The notes under the pieces were generated by a model that had not been told where the DNA came from, did no database searches, and saw only the letters and a list, made by a program, of their open reading frames with translations. A stretch of 64,000 nucleotides of DNA, taken from NCBI GenBank assembly GCA_030141605.1, contig JAQGDQ010000020.1:744001-808000 (forward strand). The letters run 5' to 3'. The translations under genes and the position numbers were made by a program. Shown piece by piece: positions 40,640-54,900 of this stretch (position 1 is the stretch's first letter; every line of letters begins with the position of its first letter). The stretch comes from Tubiluchus corallicola (taxonomy: Eukaryota > Animalia > Priapulida).

Positions 40640-41695
40640 AATGTACGTAAAAATGACACAAGAAAAGACGGCACAGGTAAAACTGGCACAGGAAAAATGG
40701 CACAAATGAAAAAGTAGGAAAAATGGCACATATGTTATTTTCATGCGATTGATTTCCATACTAAAACTTCAATGTTCTCAGTAGGAAGCAGATCTCTGCC
40801 AAAGCAGAACAATCCTTATCTAATTAACCTGATTATTTTCATTCAAAAAATTTAACACAGAGATAAACAAGCAAACATACAAAAATGTACATAAATTGGT
40901 ATTATATTGACTATCAAAAGACTCACAAAATATTTGTTCACTAAATGGATTTATAAAAAAATAGTGCACGAATGTTCCACTTAGGGATTTTATCTACCTT
41001 TTCCTCCATTAATTATGGCGGCGGTAATAGACTGACAAATATATACTTACTAAGTCACCTTATAATGTTGACGCATTAATAAGCAAAGATTATAGACAGC
41101 GTTACACAGCTTACAAGCGAAATTTTCTCGAAGTGGAACCTTGAACTAACTCGTAGTTGTGTGTCCTCGTGGAACTAGTAAAAAACAAGTACTAAACACT
41201 CCCTCTGAGACCGTGAAGTGCTTCACGAAAGTTTTTTGTGCGTGCAGTTCGGTCAAGTTTTGCGAAAAAAGAACCGACAAAAAGATTCCCATTTTGGCAC
41301 CCTACAACCTGCCTTTCTTCACAAAGTCTCTTGGAAATATGTTAGATAGTTTTTGCCATAACAGCGAAAATACAGCCAAACAAACAAACAAGCTATGTTG
41401 AAGCATAACTTTCTTGGCAGATGTAAAAATATCTAAAATAATTATCCTCTACTGTAACCTTAACCCTAAGCATATCTTACTAAGTGACACATTTTTGTCT
41501 ATGCCATTTTACCTGTTTCATTTTACTATGCCATTTTTTCTGTTCCATTTTTGCCTGTGCCATTTTACCTACTTTTCCATTTGTGACATTTTTCTTGCGC
41601 CATATAATTTTTCCTGTGCCATTTTTACCTATTTTTCAATTTGCGCCATGTTTACTTGGACCATTTTTACCTTCATTCCGTTTTTGTACATGTCC
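40640..41695. mobile_element. MITE family 'AAAAATGGCACAGG', copy 2
   Basis: Same arrays and internal core as 20865-21726, in the same orientation. Confidence 0.85.
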
Positions 41696-41719
41696 TAATA
41701 AGCCTGACAATTCATGTTA

Positions 41720-42900
41720 ATAGACTGCCTAATAAGAGTTGATAGACTGAGTCATCATTTAATTTGAATTCAGAGCTTCGATTGGTTAGACTCTTGTCAA
41801 TGATTAGATAATTGTACAGATGTTTGAAAATGATTTTTTGAAAACGAGATTCAGAAAAATGTCCACTTTTCAGTGATTTATTAAGGATTATGACAAGTAC
41901 TGGTTATTAAATTTGAAATTTTAATAAATGGGACTAAAATGCAATTAGATATCTTTTTCAATGCAAAGTTGCTAAGACCATCAGGCCCTGCTGCTATGGC
42001 TGTCACGCTAGCTTTTGTAGTGGAGGTCAATTGCTGCTTGATTCTACATTTAATGTTGACTGTTCCGAAAAGTAGCTGTTCAAGATATTGACGTCAATTG
42101 TAATTATATTAATCCCTTCTAATAATGGCGGCACACTGGCGCGCATAAACTGATTTAGGTATTTTCCACTCTGCTTTACTTGAGGTGTTCGGATAAGCGA
42201 GTTTTTTATACGTACTCGTTTCTCGCGATGTTATACAATTGTCTAGTTTCATCATTTGATCTTTGCTTAAATTTATGCAATTTCCGATTTTTTACCCGGC
42301 GGAGTCTTGTACATTTGGAATTCTTACAAAGTTTGTCTCTATGGTTATATGCAATGATGAGATATGACTATCTAATAATGATTGCGACTTTTCACTAAAA
42401 TGTGTGCATATGTGGTCTATGTCAGAAACTGAAATTATTTCATCCCAGTCAGTGTTTGTAATTGCCTGGTTCAAGCTGGGCCAATGTGAAAATTCATATC
42501 TACATATTTTTCTTTGAAAATCACTTTCAACTGTAAGTTGCAGAAAATAGGGTAGTGGTCACAATTACTGATAAGATTTGAAGTGTAACACTCAGTAAAT
42601 AATTCCACGGAATCAGTAATGGTGTTATACGAGTGAGTTCATTTAACATTTGGCTAAAGTAGAAACACATTGATAAAGTTTGTTATCAACGCCGTCGTCT
42701 TTGTTGTTGAGTCAACGCTACATCTACTATTAAAATCACAACTAAGAATAAATACTTGTTTCTTTGAAAGCTTTGAAAGTGAGTTTACAATGTTATAGTA
42801 GCTTTTTTGTAGAGCATTACGACAGACAATGCACGCGTAATTATACTTATTAATTTTGCCCAAAGTATACGTTGTCATATCTAATATTATCGTTGCTACT
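41720..42900 (-). mobile_element. CR1/L2-like LINE ORF2 fragment (endonuclease, linker, RT start)
   Basis: FILSCDFNSR (GDFN motif), LNQAITNTDWDEIISVSDIDHICTHF and AAGPDG in the correct order, with stops and frameshifts. Confidence 0.8.
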
Positions 42901-44439
42901 GTCGCGATTAAAAAGATTCAACGTTCTCAACATTCTTTTTCCTTTGCCATTTTGAAAATTAACAGCATCAAAACATCAAATAAACACATAATCACGGCCG
43001 CCATCATATGAAAGACAGCGTCACCATCAATCAGCAGCAGCTGTTGAGATTCTATAGATGATCACTATGTGTGAAATTTAAAATTACAGATTTTAAAGGA
43101 TATTGGATTTGACACAAGTGTTTTAGTCAGCGATAAGTGTTTGCAACCAGCATAGCAATGGAAAAATCGTAGGTAGTAAGCTGTAATCTATTTCACGTTA
43201 GATCAAACTACAGTGCTTTTGGGAGAAGTTTGCATAGCTCTAATATAATAAAACCAGTAATCTTCTTGCTGCATTGCAGCAGCTTTTACTGCAAAAACTT
43301 TCATAAATTCTACAGAACTTATAACTAGTAGCTCTCTACAGTACAATACATTATTTTGAATATGACACAACATCTCGAATCTCTACTTTCCTGTTTATTC
43401 TTCAAAGTCTTTTAGCCTAACAAATGCAGAAGTAGCTGTTTTATCACTTTTTAATGCACTGGTTAAATTGTTTTTGGCTTAGTTAAACATGACAGTTTCG
43501 GCCATTTTTCGTTTTTGGAAAAAATATAAGCCTGTAAAACTTTAATATACCGAAATAAACACAACAACGGCAAAAATGAATCATTTCAGTGTGAAGAATC
43601 TGCTTTTCTAGAACAGTTGAAATAAACATGTCAAAAATTAACATTATACATGAATAAAATCAACTGAAAATACACTCTCACCTTAAGAAGGCAAATACAG
43701 AGTGACAATAAAACTGCTTCAGTGGAAAAAATAAACTGGTTGGCTGAGCAAACCGTCTTAACAGTGGTACCTTAGGTTTGATAATTAAACCGTGTCAGTG
43801 TGATACTAAAATTGATGAGTGAATTCCGTCAGAAACAAGGCAAATGGGTAACTCTGCGTAATGAACTGGTCAACCCCTGGGTATAGCTGATGTAACAAAA
43901 ATAAACAGAAATAAGTTAAACACATAGTTTGAATGTGAAAGAGTTGGCCAGGCAAGCAGAATAAACCGTTTTAATGTTAACAAGCTAGCTATTCTTATAT
44001 ACTATCGATAGCCTTATGTTTAACATAGAAAATAAAAATGATTCTGTTTTCAAAATTTTGCTGTTATACTTACAGAATCTAACATCCAAAGCAAAAAACG
44101 TGCAACAAGTTTTGATATTTTCTCATTCTGGGATTTAGTTTAAATTTACTTCGGAATTACATCACATAAAGACATATGAAGAAGAATTTCTACTTTGCTT
44201 CTCTTAGTTAAACGTAATTTTTCCAAAAATAAATGACATTTTACCAACTGACTAATGGGCTTATTTAATATGGAGTGATCCAGAAATAGCTTGTAAATAA
44301 ACTTGTTACCCTTCATCCTGGTAGTCTAAAGGTGTTTGCAAAAGAGATCCAGATCATCGTGTAAGCCGGTTTCTCCTATTTGCAACAGTTATGAATTTCC
44401 CTACAGGTCTGTTTTACAAATGCCTCTACCAGGCTAAGG

Positions 44440-44499
44440 AAGTTACAATGGAAAATAACGAGTTAGTTTGGAAGAACATTTTTTCTGGACGACCCTGTA
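44440..44499 (-). mobile_element. Tc1/mariner-type terminal repeat
   Basis: Minus strand TA|CAGGGTCGTCCAGAAAAAA; partner end not found. Confidence 0.45.
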
Positions 44500-45699
44500 T
44501 TTAGCGCGCAATGCGGTATATAACATTTGATTTTGCTCGAAAGTAAAGGTCTTGTTCTTGGATCGAGCATATTTATCACGTGCATGCTACTAATTAAGAC
44601 ACCCATGCAGAGAACATGCACCTGCTACTAACAATTATAATCCGTCAAAAGGGACACGTAATTCTCATAACGGCGCAGGAGTGATGTGTCACCATTATAC
44701 ATTGCAGGTAACGTTGTACGTTTTCTCAGGCACAGTTGTTTATAAACTAAACTTTAGACAAATGAAAATAAACATTCCGCTGAAATATTTTAGACAAGAT
44801 TTAGAATTTGAAATGATTTTCCCCATTTACGTTGTTCTGAGCCAAAAAGAAGCAGAAAATTGATATTTTTTGAAAGTCGAAGGGAAGATAAGAAGGGAGA
44901 GAGAGAGAGAGAGAGAGAGAAATAGAAAGAAAAAGAGATTGAGAGAGATTGGCGGAAAGGAAAGGGAAACGATGATTATTAAGCGATCATAATACATAAG
45001 AAAGAGAGTGGGTTAGAAAACGAGTTGAAAAAAGAGGCAGTAGAAAATACGTGGAATAGGAGCAAGAAGAAGAATATAAATGCGCTTTCCATTGGTATCT
45101 CATGGAAAGATGAGTCATAGTAACATCATACAAGCATTACTTACACGGCAGAGCAAACACAAAGTCACCTTTAATATTTATTTTGTTGGAGCGCTGCAGT
45201 TCCTAATGCACAGTTTAGAAATTAATTTGTTTTTCTGAACTCAAAAATTATGGTCTCTCGTCTTGAATGATCAACAGTATAAAATCTATGCTTAGCATAT
45301 ACATGTGGAATTCTTTACCAGGACGTTGCTTTCCTGAAATCTATAACTTCCTTGATTCAAACTGAACAGATATAATAAATAAACTTCGACGATCCAACGC
45401 ATTACAATACAACTAATTTCAAATATATTACAATACATGGCAAATAGATCGAAGAAACTACACAACAGAACCTGCACATAGGGTAGAATCGGCGTTCAAC
45501 ACAATAATAAAAAAACGGAACATCAGCAGAAATATTCTATCACTGCATAAAAGTCTATAATACTACATAAAAAACAGTATTTATGGCCTGGTGGTACTGA
45601 GAAATAAATAATACAGGACTTAGCTGTTTAACCACTGCAAATAATTATAAGTATCTTAGCACAAAACAAAACTTATCTCAAATGGTTTTTCATTTGACA

Positions 45700-45888
45700 T
45701 TTCCATGGTCTACTAATTTTTATTTGGTGGTACTTTGACCAGTGATCCTTTGTCTTTTCAGGTGAATCTTTGACCATTGGGCCTTAGTCTGGTGGTTCTT
45801 TGACTAGTGGTTCTTTATCCAAATGGTCATTTGACGGGTGGCCATTTGTCTGATGGTCCTTTGACTAGCGGTCTTTTCACCCACAACC
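45700..45888 (-). mobile_element. Solo arm of the 'caaaggaccactagt' element family
   Basis: Array of ggtcctttgactagt units ending ggtcttttcacccacaacc, as at 39180. Confidence 0.7.
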
Positions 45889-46202
45889 TGATACCGCGAG
45901 CGTACCGTCGATTAACAGAAAGTAGGAAGTTTCACAAAGCGCATTAGAAAAGCTCATTCGTACTTTACTACAAATTATTTTACAAGCAATATTTTTATTA
46001 TGTTTACCTGCTTTGTTTTAATTAAAAATGGCTAATATTTAATAAATGGATTTTGCAGATTTTTAATTAAAAAGACGACTGTTCCTTTCTACACTTGCTG
46101 TGCCTAAGTACTGCTTTATTTGTTTTTGTAATCATTTTCCTTTTTGACTCGTCGTTGAAGTGTGAACTCAGCACCAAGCAAAGACATGCAGCAAGAATCA
46201 TT

Positions 46203-47165
46203 GGTGCACGGTAAAAACGGCACAGGTAAAAAAATGGTACAGGAAAAAAGACGCAAAATTTAATGGAAAAATAGGAGAAAATGGAACAGTTAATAAAATA
46301 CTAGTTATGGTTAGGGTTACTGTTAGTTTCAATGCCGTTTGTTTGTTTATTTGTTTGTTTGTTTGTTTATACGCATGTATGTTTGTTTGTTTGTAAGTTT
46401 ATTTTTTTTTACCTTTCAATTATCAGTGTACAAAAAACTACAGCTCGTGAGTTAAGATTATGGTTATGATTAACTCCGCCAAGGAGATTATATTTTTATC
46501 ACCGTTGATTTGTTAGCAGGATTACGCAAAAACTACTTAAAACTAAACAGGATCCAATCTTAAACTGTAGGTCAAAACAATCTACTCTTTAAAAAATTGA
46601 AATGAAACATACTATTTTTCAAAAATGACTTACGTGAAAGAATTATTACCACACAAACGCAATTTCACATTCGCGCCACTGGTTCTTCGTTGTTTCATGC
46701 ATTTCACCATTCGTTAGTTAGACGGGCATTAGCGCCTGCAATCAGCAATCGCATTGCACAAAAAACAGGTGCTGTACCTCTCAGTTCAGATGTGTTAGTC
46801 TGTGACGAACTACACGTGTTCGACAGCTCATGCGTAGCACAGCGGTAAATTTGAAATTCTAATTTTTATCTTAAAACTTGCCTAGTTTTAGTACAACACA
46901 CTGAATATCTTACAGTAGCCCTGTACTTCAATTTTCGCTTTCGCAAACGCGTGTAACACACTCCTGGAATATATTTGCTGATGAAAATTATGTTAGTTTG
47001 TGATGTCATCAATAATTGGGTTCGCCCGCCTTTAATTAAGTTTTTAATTTATTATTTAATTATGAGAACCACTTTCTACTTTTTCCTACTTTTCCATTTG
47101 TGCCCTTTTAGCTGAGCCATTCTTACCGTGCCATTTTTCCTGCGTCATTGTACGTGTACCATTTT
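46203..47165. mobile_element. MITE family 'AAAAATGGCACAGG', copy 3, with nested Helentron-like fragment
   Basis: Arrays at both ends and ggttagggtta; nested taactccgccaaggagattata...gttagcaggattacgcaaaaactact at 46470-46540. Confidence 0.7.
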
Positions 47166-47899
47166 TACTACATATTCGTCCAGGTAGTATCTTGCGAAAT
47201 ACAAGAGTTTCGCATTAATAACAACTCTAATTATGGTCTGCTGTGAGGAATAGCTGCTGAAGGTAATATGGATATAGAGGTAATCTCTTATCAAATATTC
47301 ATATCCAGTGCAATCATGAGTGCATACAGTAACCGGCATTTGGGCATTATACTGTCCGGGGTATCATTACATTGCGTGTAATCACGCTCGAGGGCAACGT
47401 TTATAAAGAGACGAGAAGTGAAAGCACCCAATCTATGAAGCACCCATGATTATTCACTGAACTGATCAAGTTATTACCCTATATTCATATGCGCAACAAT
47501 AATAATTGTGCTGGGGTGGGTTTGCTATGCGCTACATAACTATTATTGCTATTTATCAGAAGACGTCTTACTCACTTTGGAGAGGAAACTTTACCTCAAG
47601 TAAAAAAATAAGATATTCAAACTTCGTACTATTTTGTCTTTCATATTAAACGTAGAATACCAGAAAAGTATAACAATATATATTATCACGTTGTGCATAG
47701 TTGCAATTCTTTTTTGGAAGGAGAAGAAGAAAGGAAGCTAAAGCTTATTGGGCCGCTCATAAAAGCGCGTGACTTAGAAAAAAACCTAAATTTTGTAGAA
47801 ATTTTTAATTATTAGAAATGGAGGCACTGAAGCAAATATAAGAGGTCAATAAGTTAGAAAGTGAAAAAAGTAAAGTCGAAAATTTTTATAAGGACTTTA

Positions 47900-48260
47900 C
47901 ATAACTCAGCAGAGTTACCAATTAGAGAGACGAAGGAACTCAACTAAACTAAAGGCGCTTATCTTTAATAGCTTTCCAGATGTACGTTTGACGTAAGTTG
48001 TTACATTCATTCCTCAATGCCAGCCAATCTCATCTAAAACAACAAGAGTAATCCTAATTTCAATCGAAAAGGATGTAAACCACCTCAGCATCCCAATTGT
48101 AATCCATTACATTATACTCATCAGGTTACTACACGATTTACTGGGCGAACGCCAGAAAGACAATTTCACAAAAAAATCACAAAAGACTAGGCTTGGAGCA
48201 TAGAAGAAGCAAGTATAGCAATTTCGAAGAGGGGTTTTCGAGCTGAGTGACTCTTACGTG
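47900..48260 (+). mobile_element. Possible decayed LINE RT start
   Basis: VILISIEKDVNHL followed by QFRRGVF resembles IxLxxKKGD...EQxGFRxGxS; weak. Confidence 0.3.
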
Positions 48261-48323
48261 ATCACAACGTAGATTTAGTGACTGAAGTTAGGCAGTACCG
48301 AACCTGGTCAGTAATGGATGGAG

Positions 48324-48552
48324 GAAAGCCGGAAAAATTCCTTCTGGGTGATTTTTAACTTCCATACTGTAAAGTTTTTATGATATTTTTGAGTAGAATA
48401 TTGAAAGGATACCAATTTATAGTGATTTCTATTTACAGAAAGCCGGAAAAATTCCTTCTGGGTGATTTTTAACTTCCATACTGTAAAGTTTTTATGATAT
48501 TTTTTAGTAGAATATTGAAAGGATACCAATTTATAGTGATTTCTATTTACAG
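48324..48552. repeat. Tandem duplication, 114 bp unit
   Basis: gaaagccggaaaaattcc...tatttaca twice, one mismatch seen. Confidence 0.97.
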
Positions 48553-50647
48553 AGCAATGCCATTAGGTTTGCACAATGCGCCCTACCAATGTGTCTCCAA
48601 AATTTAACTAATAAACTTTGGAAATTTAGTGAAAAAGTAATACAAGTTAGTGTATCAGCACTTAAAAAAAGCCTCACATATCTCGCAACGCTGAAAATCT
48701 GAAAAGCATGCACATAGAAATACAAGTATGTGCAGTTCGCCCCTGCATGCCGCTAGTGATGGAATTATAATTCATTTATTCAAATCCTTTCCTTATTTTA
48801 CAACCACTTCGTCCCTACTAAAACAGTAAAACAACAAAAAAACAAAGAACTTATTTTTAAAACACATCAAGTTGATTTCCCTACTCATGAATTGAATAAA
48901 TTGAGCGAATTGGACAGAAACACAAAAAATCATTGCAAAAGTCAGTAAAGTAATGCAAAATGCTTTAAAGGTTAAAATTAAAGGTACGAATGGTCACGAA
49001 TCTTGATAAAATTTTAAGCAACGAATAGTGAAAAATTTCATGTTGTTGTTAAGTAAAACAGCTAGGTTTAGTAAGCGTACCAAAACAATGTCAAAATTTT
49101 TATAACAAATCTTTATTAAATATGTTATTATCAAATATTAGTATATATATATATGCACCGGGTTGTGCTAAGACAAATGCTGGTTTATGTGAGTATGTAT
49201 ACGTATTGATTAATCATAAAGCGTATACTGAATGCTATACAGTATTAGGAAAACGGTCTAATTAGCCACAACTGACACGTGGCTTCATGATAAATTTCCA
49301 TAAACGCAAATTATTGTAACATCATACAAGGCGTTCTGTTATAATATTTAAGAGCAATTCGCTGTGTTGTAGACGCAAATCAAAGTTTATTGTGACTCCT
49401 GTTTAAATTATTTTGCCTGCAATTTTTGCATTTATACAGCAAGATAAAATATGCGTTATGTCAAAAATTATGAAGAAAATAAATTCAATTAGAGAATGTC
49501 ATAACGCGTGACCTATAATCATCAGGTTCTGGGTTCGATTATGGGTTGGTTCACAATTTTAACGCCTTTTCGTTCTTTAATTAACTAACCGTTAAGTTAA
49601 TTGTTGATTATGTATAAATCGTAAGGTTTCTTAACACTGGCTTATTGCTATTTGATTTCTAAAAATCTATCGTTAAGTACGGACAACTAATTTGAGTAAG
49701 TCCATTAGACTTCTACACGTAGGATTCTTGCACCAAAAAACTTATTTAAACAAAGATTTCGTTAATATTCGTCATCTAGTGTAACTTTTTTGTTTACAGT
49801 GTGTTAAGTCTACAGCGAATACGTCTTTTCATTGCAATGCAATTAAAAGACAACTTAGCAAAGAACTTGCAATTGTTATAACACACACACACATTTGCTT
49901 AAACTGTCTTTTGAAGGTGCAATAGTAAAACTAAATTCAATTTCAAATTGTTTCGAATTATAACAGCGTAAAAATAACGAAGTCTTTTTTTCATTAAGCA
50001 AGTCCTCATTGTTAAACGAATTTGCGAAGAAAAACGTTTTTTACACAAATATTCAGTAAATTGCTTCGCGCTTAAACGCGATTTCCAATCATCACGAAAA
50101 TACAAGCGAAACAAGCTGGAATTCCAAAAATGCGTGCATCATAACAATAATAAAACCATGCGGTAATTTCTGTTGAACGAATATGCAGCATTCGCCAATC
50201 GGCATGATTTCCCTTCAGAAAACGTTTCATGTTTTCGTTGACACAGTGAACGTATATAACGCGAATACTTGTCCCAAGAGGCGCTGCATTCATGGAAATT
50301 ATACCCGCAAACAACAGAACAAGCTGTTAAAACACTAACTGCTTTTTTTGATACATTTACACATTCGACTATATCGTTTTTATTACCGGAGCTCTTTAGT
50401 GCTAAAATCATTATATACAGCGTTACTATTTAGTAACACTACGGATTCCTTATTACATAGGCCAGGTCACTTATGTAGAGCAGCTACAGAAGACAATTGA
50501 AATAATAGAAAATACAGTCATGTAGTCCGAAAAATATAATAGAATAAAAAAACTGAGCAATATATTTGTAGCAAAACGCTACATATTATTTAATTTTATG
50601 TATTAGCAACAACTGCATATCATTCCATCGTGACACAAAGAACACAC

Positions 50648-50663
50648 TCTTTCTCTCTCTCTC

Positions 50664-50710
<47 letters not shown>

Positions 50711-50770
50711 GCTCTTTCTCTGTCTTTCTCTCTCTCTTTCCTTCTCTCCCTCTCTAGCTTCCTCTCCCTT
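50648..50770. repeat. Imperfect (CT)n microsatellite
   Basis: Directly visible. Confidence 0.95.
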
Positions 50771-52238
50771 TTTAACCAATATCAATAATAAAAAACTATT
50801 GACGAGTATCATTGTGTTGATACTCTGTGTTGATACTCTTCCTCTTTTCGGGTTCTTTGAATTTTCCACTCGCGTATCGCTGCTTTTCTTTTCCTCGTAA
50901 TTACCGGCTGCGTCTCTCCTCTCGCTTTCTCACATCGATATCAGATTTGGAATCCCTGATTTAAGACGCCATAACTCTACAGTTTTACAGTGTCATTAGG
51001 GCGACAACCATTCAATAAATTGATGAAGCCTGCTGCACAAGCCTGACAAATAACCCTGTCACAGCTCATAGCTCGTATATACTATTACAAGAAAAATGTG
51101 AAAAATCAAAAATGATAATAAAGGATATATCAGATGTAACAATTCCGTACAATATTGTACGCCTACTTTTGTATATGTTGCAGTATAAGAGTCATTTGTG
51201 GTTAATAAATAATGTGTCATGATAAAAAAACCAATATTGTTCTAGTGGCAAACAGTTTAGACTTTTAAGTATAAGGCCAACTTAATATTACTATGTAAAA
51301 CATAGCAAATTTCTTTTAAACATAAACATAGTAAGCCAAATTAAGTAGAAGAAGATAGATCATTCTGTCTTGCGGAAATCATACATCACTAATATACGAC
51401 AACTGCCATGACAAAATAAATTTTATCTTATCTCGTCCCATCTCATCTTCGTATGTATACGTTTACAAGAAATTCACTTATATTTTACATAATTACTATA
51501 TAAAGTAACATTAAGATAATATAGTATTAGTAGTAATACAGGGCCTATTGTGTATGCACTAAGGATACATTTTTGTCTTATTATGCATTCTTTGGGTGAT
51601 TTCCCTATAGTTTCTACAAAATCATACTAATTTACATTTGCGTTAAAATGGGTTTGAATGTGCTAATGTTTAATTACAATTGATAGTAAAATCATTTTTG
51701 CAAGTTTCTGAAACTCACTGATAACTGCGGAAGAGAATACCCATGTGGTCACGTTGTGTACTTGGTTGCAAAGAAAAGCAACACATGAGTTAGTTATTGG
51801 TGACTGGTGACTGGGCATCTATTAAAAAATTATAGTTTCGATTTTCTAAAGCTAAGTGCAATCCCTAAGGAATCAAGCCCGGCGAATTCAAGGCAGGCAA
51901 TATTATGCCCTTCAGAGCCTTGACTTATGGGCCGCTCGTGGAAAATGAACACGTTCTGATTTCACTGAGCTTTTAATGTCAAGCACAACAGTACTTGCCT
52001 ACATGATAATAACTACTATAAAAAATTATTTGAAAAACAAATGCTGTCATTTACAGTATCTCATGTCACGGAAGCAGAATCTTACCACAGTTTTTAACAC
52101 AGTCAAAACGGTTCAACTGGTTACATATATTTTTAACATCAGCGCAATTCAAGTACATTGTAGATTTGTTTTTAAAAGAAAATATTATCGTCTTAAATGA
52201 CTTTATACATTATATGTATATACACACCAATAATTTAC

Positions 52239-52296
52239 CTGCTGAAATACCGCAGAGAAGTAGAGCAATGGAAGCGAAACAAACTCCTTTCATCAT
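52239..52296 (-). CDS. Signal-peptide exon, possibly first coding exon of Ly6 gene B
   Basis: Exon begins at 52311 after ttgcag; MMKGVCFASIALLLCGISA plus G, then phase-1 donor gtaaat; spliced to 20693 it gives ...GISAVTS|LKCYEC. The linkage is inferred. Confidence 0.6.
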
Positions 52297-52501
52297 TTTG
52301 CCTTCTCTTTTCTGCAACTTATCAATTATATTTGCAGACTGGGGAATATTTTCTTAAATCATTTAGCGCATATCAGTCCATTCTGTCATATCACATCCAC
52401 ATGTTCATCAAAAAGGTTTTGCCCTTATATAATCAGTAAAGCTCTTTAATGTACCATCATCGCTGACGCGATGCAATGCTAAGTAAGCATGTTACATTTA
52501 C

Positions 52502-52580
52502 CTGCAATGCGAGTCCCTTGGGCGTCTGCTTCCACTACGCATGCGCACTTTGTGTTCAATTTGAAGCGGTATTTATTGTC
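52502..52580 (-). other. Candidate 5' UTR exon and promoter for the 52239-52311 exon
   Basis: GCAG|gtaaat donor at 52501; locally GC-richer with an NRF1-like TGCGCATGCG motif near 52538-52548; 5' boundary uncertain. Confidence 0.4.
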
Positions 52581-53847
52581 AGTTTAGACCAAACAATATT
52601 TAATCTTGTACAGTAACCGAGGGCATAAAATTGTGTTATTACTCTGAAATTGCTTCGGTGGGATGTATTTAGCCTGCCTTTTTATTTAAGCATTAGTGGC
52701 CACTTGAATTTATTGCAACTATTTGCCACGTCCCGAATAGCATAGGGAAATGACATCTAAATATATTTGAAATTCAAATAGATTGGCACTAAAAATTAAT
52801 TAACGCAGGATATTAAACTTGTTTAAACACTACAAAATAAGCAGAAAAAAGTAAAAAAATATGTTGGTTCGCTGAAGTTAATGCTTTGTTTATTGACAGT
52901 CCGAAATAAAATCCGATAGTTAACAAAAAATACATATAAATAAACAAGCCAAATGTCTATATTAAGCAAGAAACTTTGCAAATATATTGTTAAAATTGTG
53001 CACTTAATTTTCTGTTAGTTCGATGCTGATTTCTATTGATGGTACCATTAACATAGTAAACACCAGTTTCTGGTGGGGAAGCGCTCACTGTCATGCAAAA
53101 TATGAGCACCGGCAACAGAAAGATTTGCAGGTGAATATTCGCTTAAAAATGCTAACAGTACTACACCGTTATGTTGATATGTTTTTGTTTATAGTTGAAA
53201 ATATAGCTAAAAATAAATTAATTTATACGAAGGAGCATAATCTAAGCATCTCCTTGATTAACCTACAGTTCCTAATTCAACGAATTACATTACCAATGGA
53301 ATTTACATTCACTAAATTATCAATTCGAAATGCAGGTCTTCGTGCAAAGCTATATCTATACCTGCTTTCTTACCGAAATGACATTAGCAAATCAAATAAC
53401 AAAAGTGCACGTTATTACTATAAAGTCAAATGCACTTTGAATTTAAATGATCAACAGTTTAAATTAAAAATGTTGCACAACTGAAAATGCCCACCACTGT
53501 GATTTAAATAATTACACGTGTAACGTTAACTTATGCAGAGACATATTGAAAATGACTTTTCAAAATTACCTTATACAGATCTCAGATCAATGGTTATTAC
53601 AAGTAGGCCTACATGCTACTAGTAACTAGAATGAAACATCCTACCACAACGTTTAAAACAGTTTTACTTAGTTGCAGGTAAATTTATTTGAATGTCTTTA
53701 CATCTATTTTAAAGACGTTTCATGCGGTATTACTGACTGCAATTTAAAGCTTGCGTGCTTTTATTGCAGTCAATTTAAAAGATCAATCTGATCACAAATC
53801 GGTGATTTGACAAACCTCGAAGTACTAAAATTTATCACAGCAAACAT

Positions 53848-53972
53848 TTACATAAGTCTCGTATTCATACCATCAAAACGCTTTCCCGTGTATTTCATAT
53901 ATGCAGCTAGAACTACCACTGTTAACAAAATGCCCAACAGTATCATGCCAAAAGCCAACCCAACAGCACCAC
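53848..53972 (-). CDS. PAN/apple multi-domain membrane protein, last exon (transmembrane helix and short tail)
   Basis: ttgttcctatag acceptor; (G)GAVGLAFGMILLGILLTVVVLAAYMKYTGKRFDGMNTRLM*; AATAAA on the minus strand at 53765-53760 and 53688-53683. Confidence 0.88.
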
Positions 53973-54002
53973 CTATAGGAACAAATAAAAGTATAATAAA
54001 TA

Positions 54003-54025
54003 GACTAGCCATGAAAATTTTTTCA

Positions 54026-54061
<36 letters not shown>

Positions 54062-54182
54062 TGTATGTATGTATGTATGTATGTATGTATGTATGTATGT
54101 ATGTGTGATTGTTCGGGCGAAAGGCCGCAGATACCCGAAAACCACCTTTTGACGTAGCGTGTGCCGAAAGGTGTAAACTAAT
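54003..54182 (+). mobile_element. Small DINE/Helentron-like element: (TATG)n plus two hairpins
   Basis: (TATG)n at 54032-54104; stems ttcggg/cccgaa and caccttt/aaaggtg. Confidence 0.45.
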
Positions 54183-54639
54183 TATTTATGCTAATTTTAA
54201 GATATGTTCACAAGATGTACATATAAGATAAGCAAGTAATGACATGTTACAACAAATTTAATAAGATTCCAAATATTCAAAAAAATGACAATGAACATCA
54301 ATATACAAAAAAGGAAAACCATTTCCCCAGAATATTGGCGATCTACTCGGATTTTGCTGAGTATTCACTGGCGGTACAACGGTTCACACTGACAGTCACA
54401 GCTTACAGATTTTTGCATGACAGTGTCGCACAGACGACGTTCCCAACGTGGTAAACATTTTAACGTCTACGTGAAGATAACAGGATCTCCTTTAACGCCT
54501 ACGTGAAGATAACACTCCTCAAGTGAATCTGACCGATTAACAGTCTACCATCCCTATGGTGTTAACCCAACAAATGGCAATTAGCAATTGGTGATTTACG
54601 AGAGTAATAACTTAAGTAGAAGTACGTCTAAGTATACCG

Positions 54640-54900
54640 TTACGTCTTTCTGTGATCTGCTAACGTCTCCTCGGGTCCGTGAAACTTGAACCAGAACTCA
54701 GGGACCACATCACATGTCTTGACATCAAACTGAGACAGGATACAAGACGGAAGGTACTTAACGTATAGACGTACCTCCGTTTAACAAAGGAAAACCATTC
54801 TCTAGTACTACATGGCATACAATCGGCAGGTAAAAAAATCCAGGTCGCACTGCTCACGTGAACGTCTGGCTTCAGTGATTTAATTTTAACGTAAAGATCT
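54640..54900 (+). mobile_element. Possible Penelope-like RT relic
   Basis: LEPELRDHITCLDIKL...TYLRLTKENH resembles E.E....LPFLDI.I...VYRKPT; weak. Confidence 0.3.

Noticed and set aside
50240-50323. Insulin-like B chain (VCG...SLCQRK)
   Set aside because: Cys spacing does not fit CG-x10-C and no A chain (CCxxxC-x8-C) was found.
53023-53484. 153 aa plus-strand ORF
   Set aside because: AT-rich with no motif; lies antisense in the PAN gene 3' UTR or intergenic gap.
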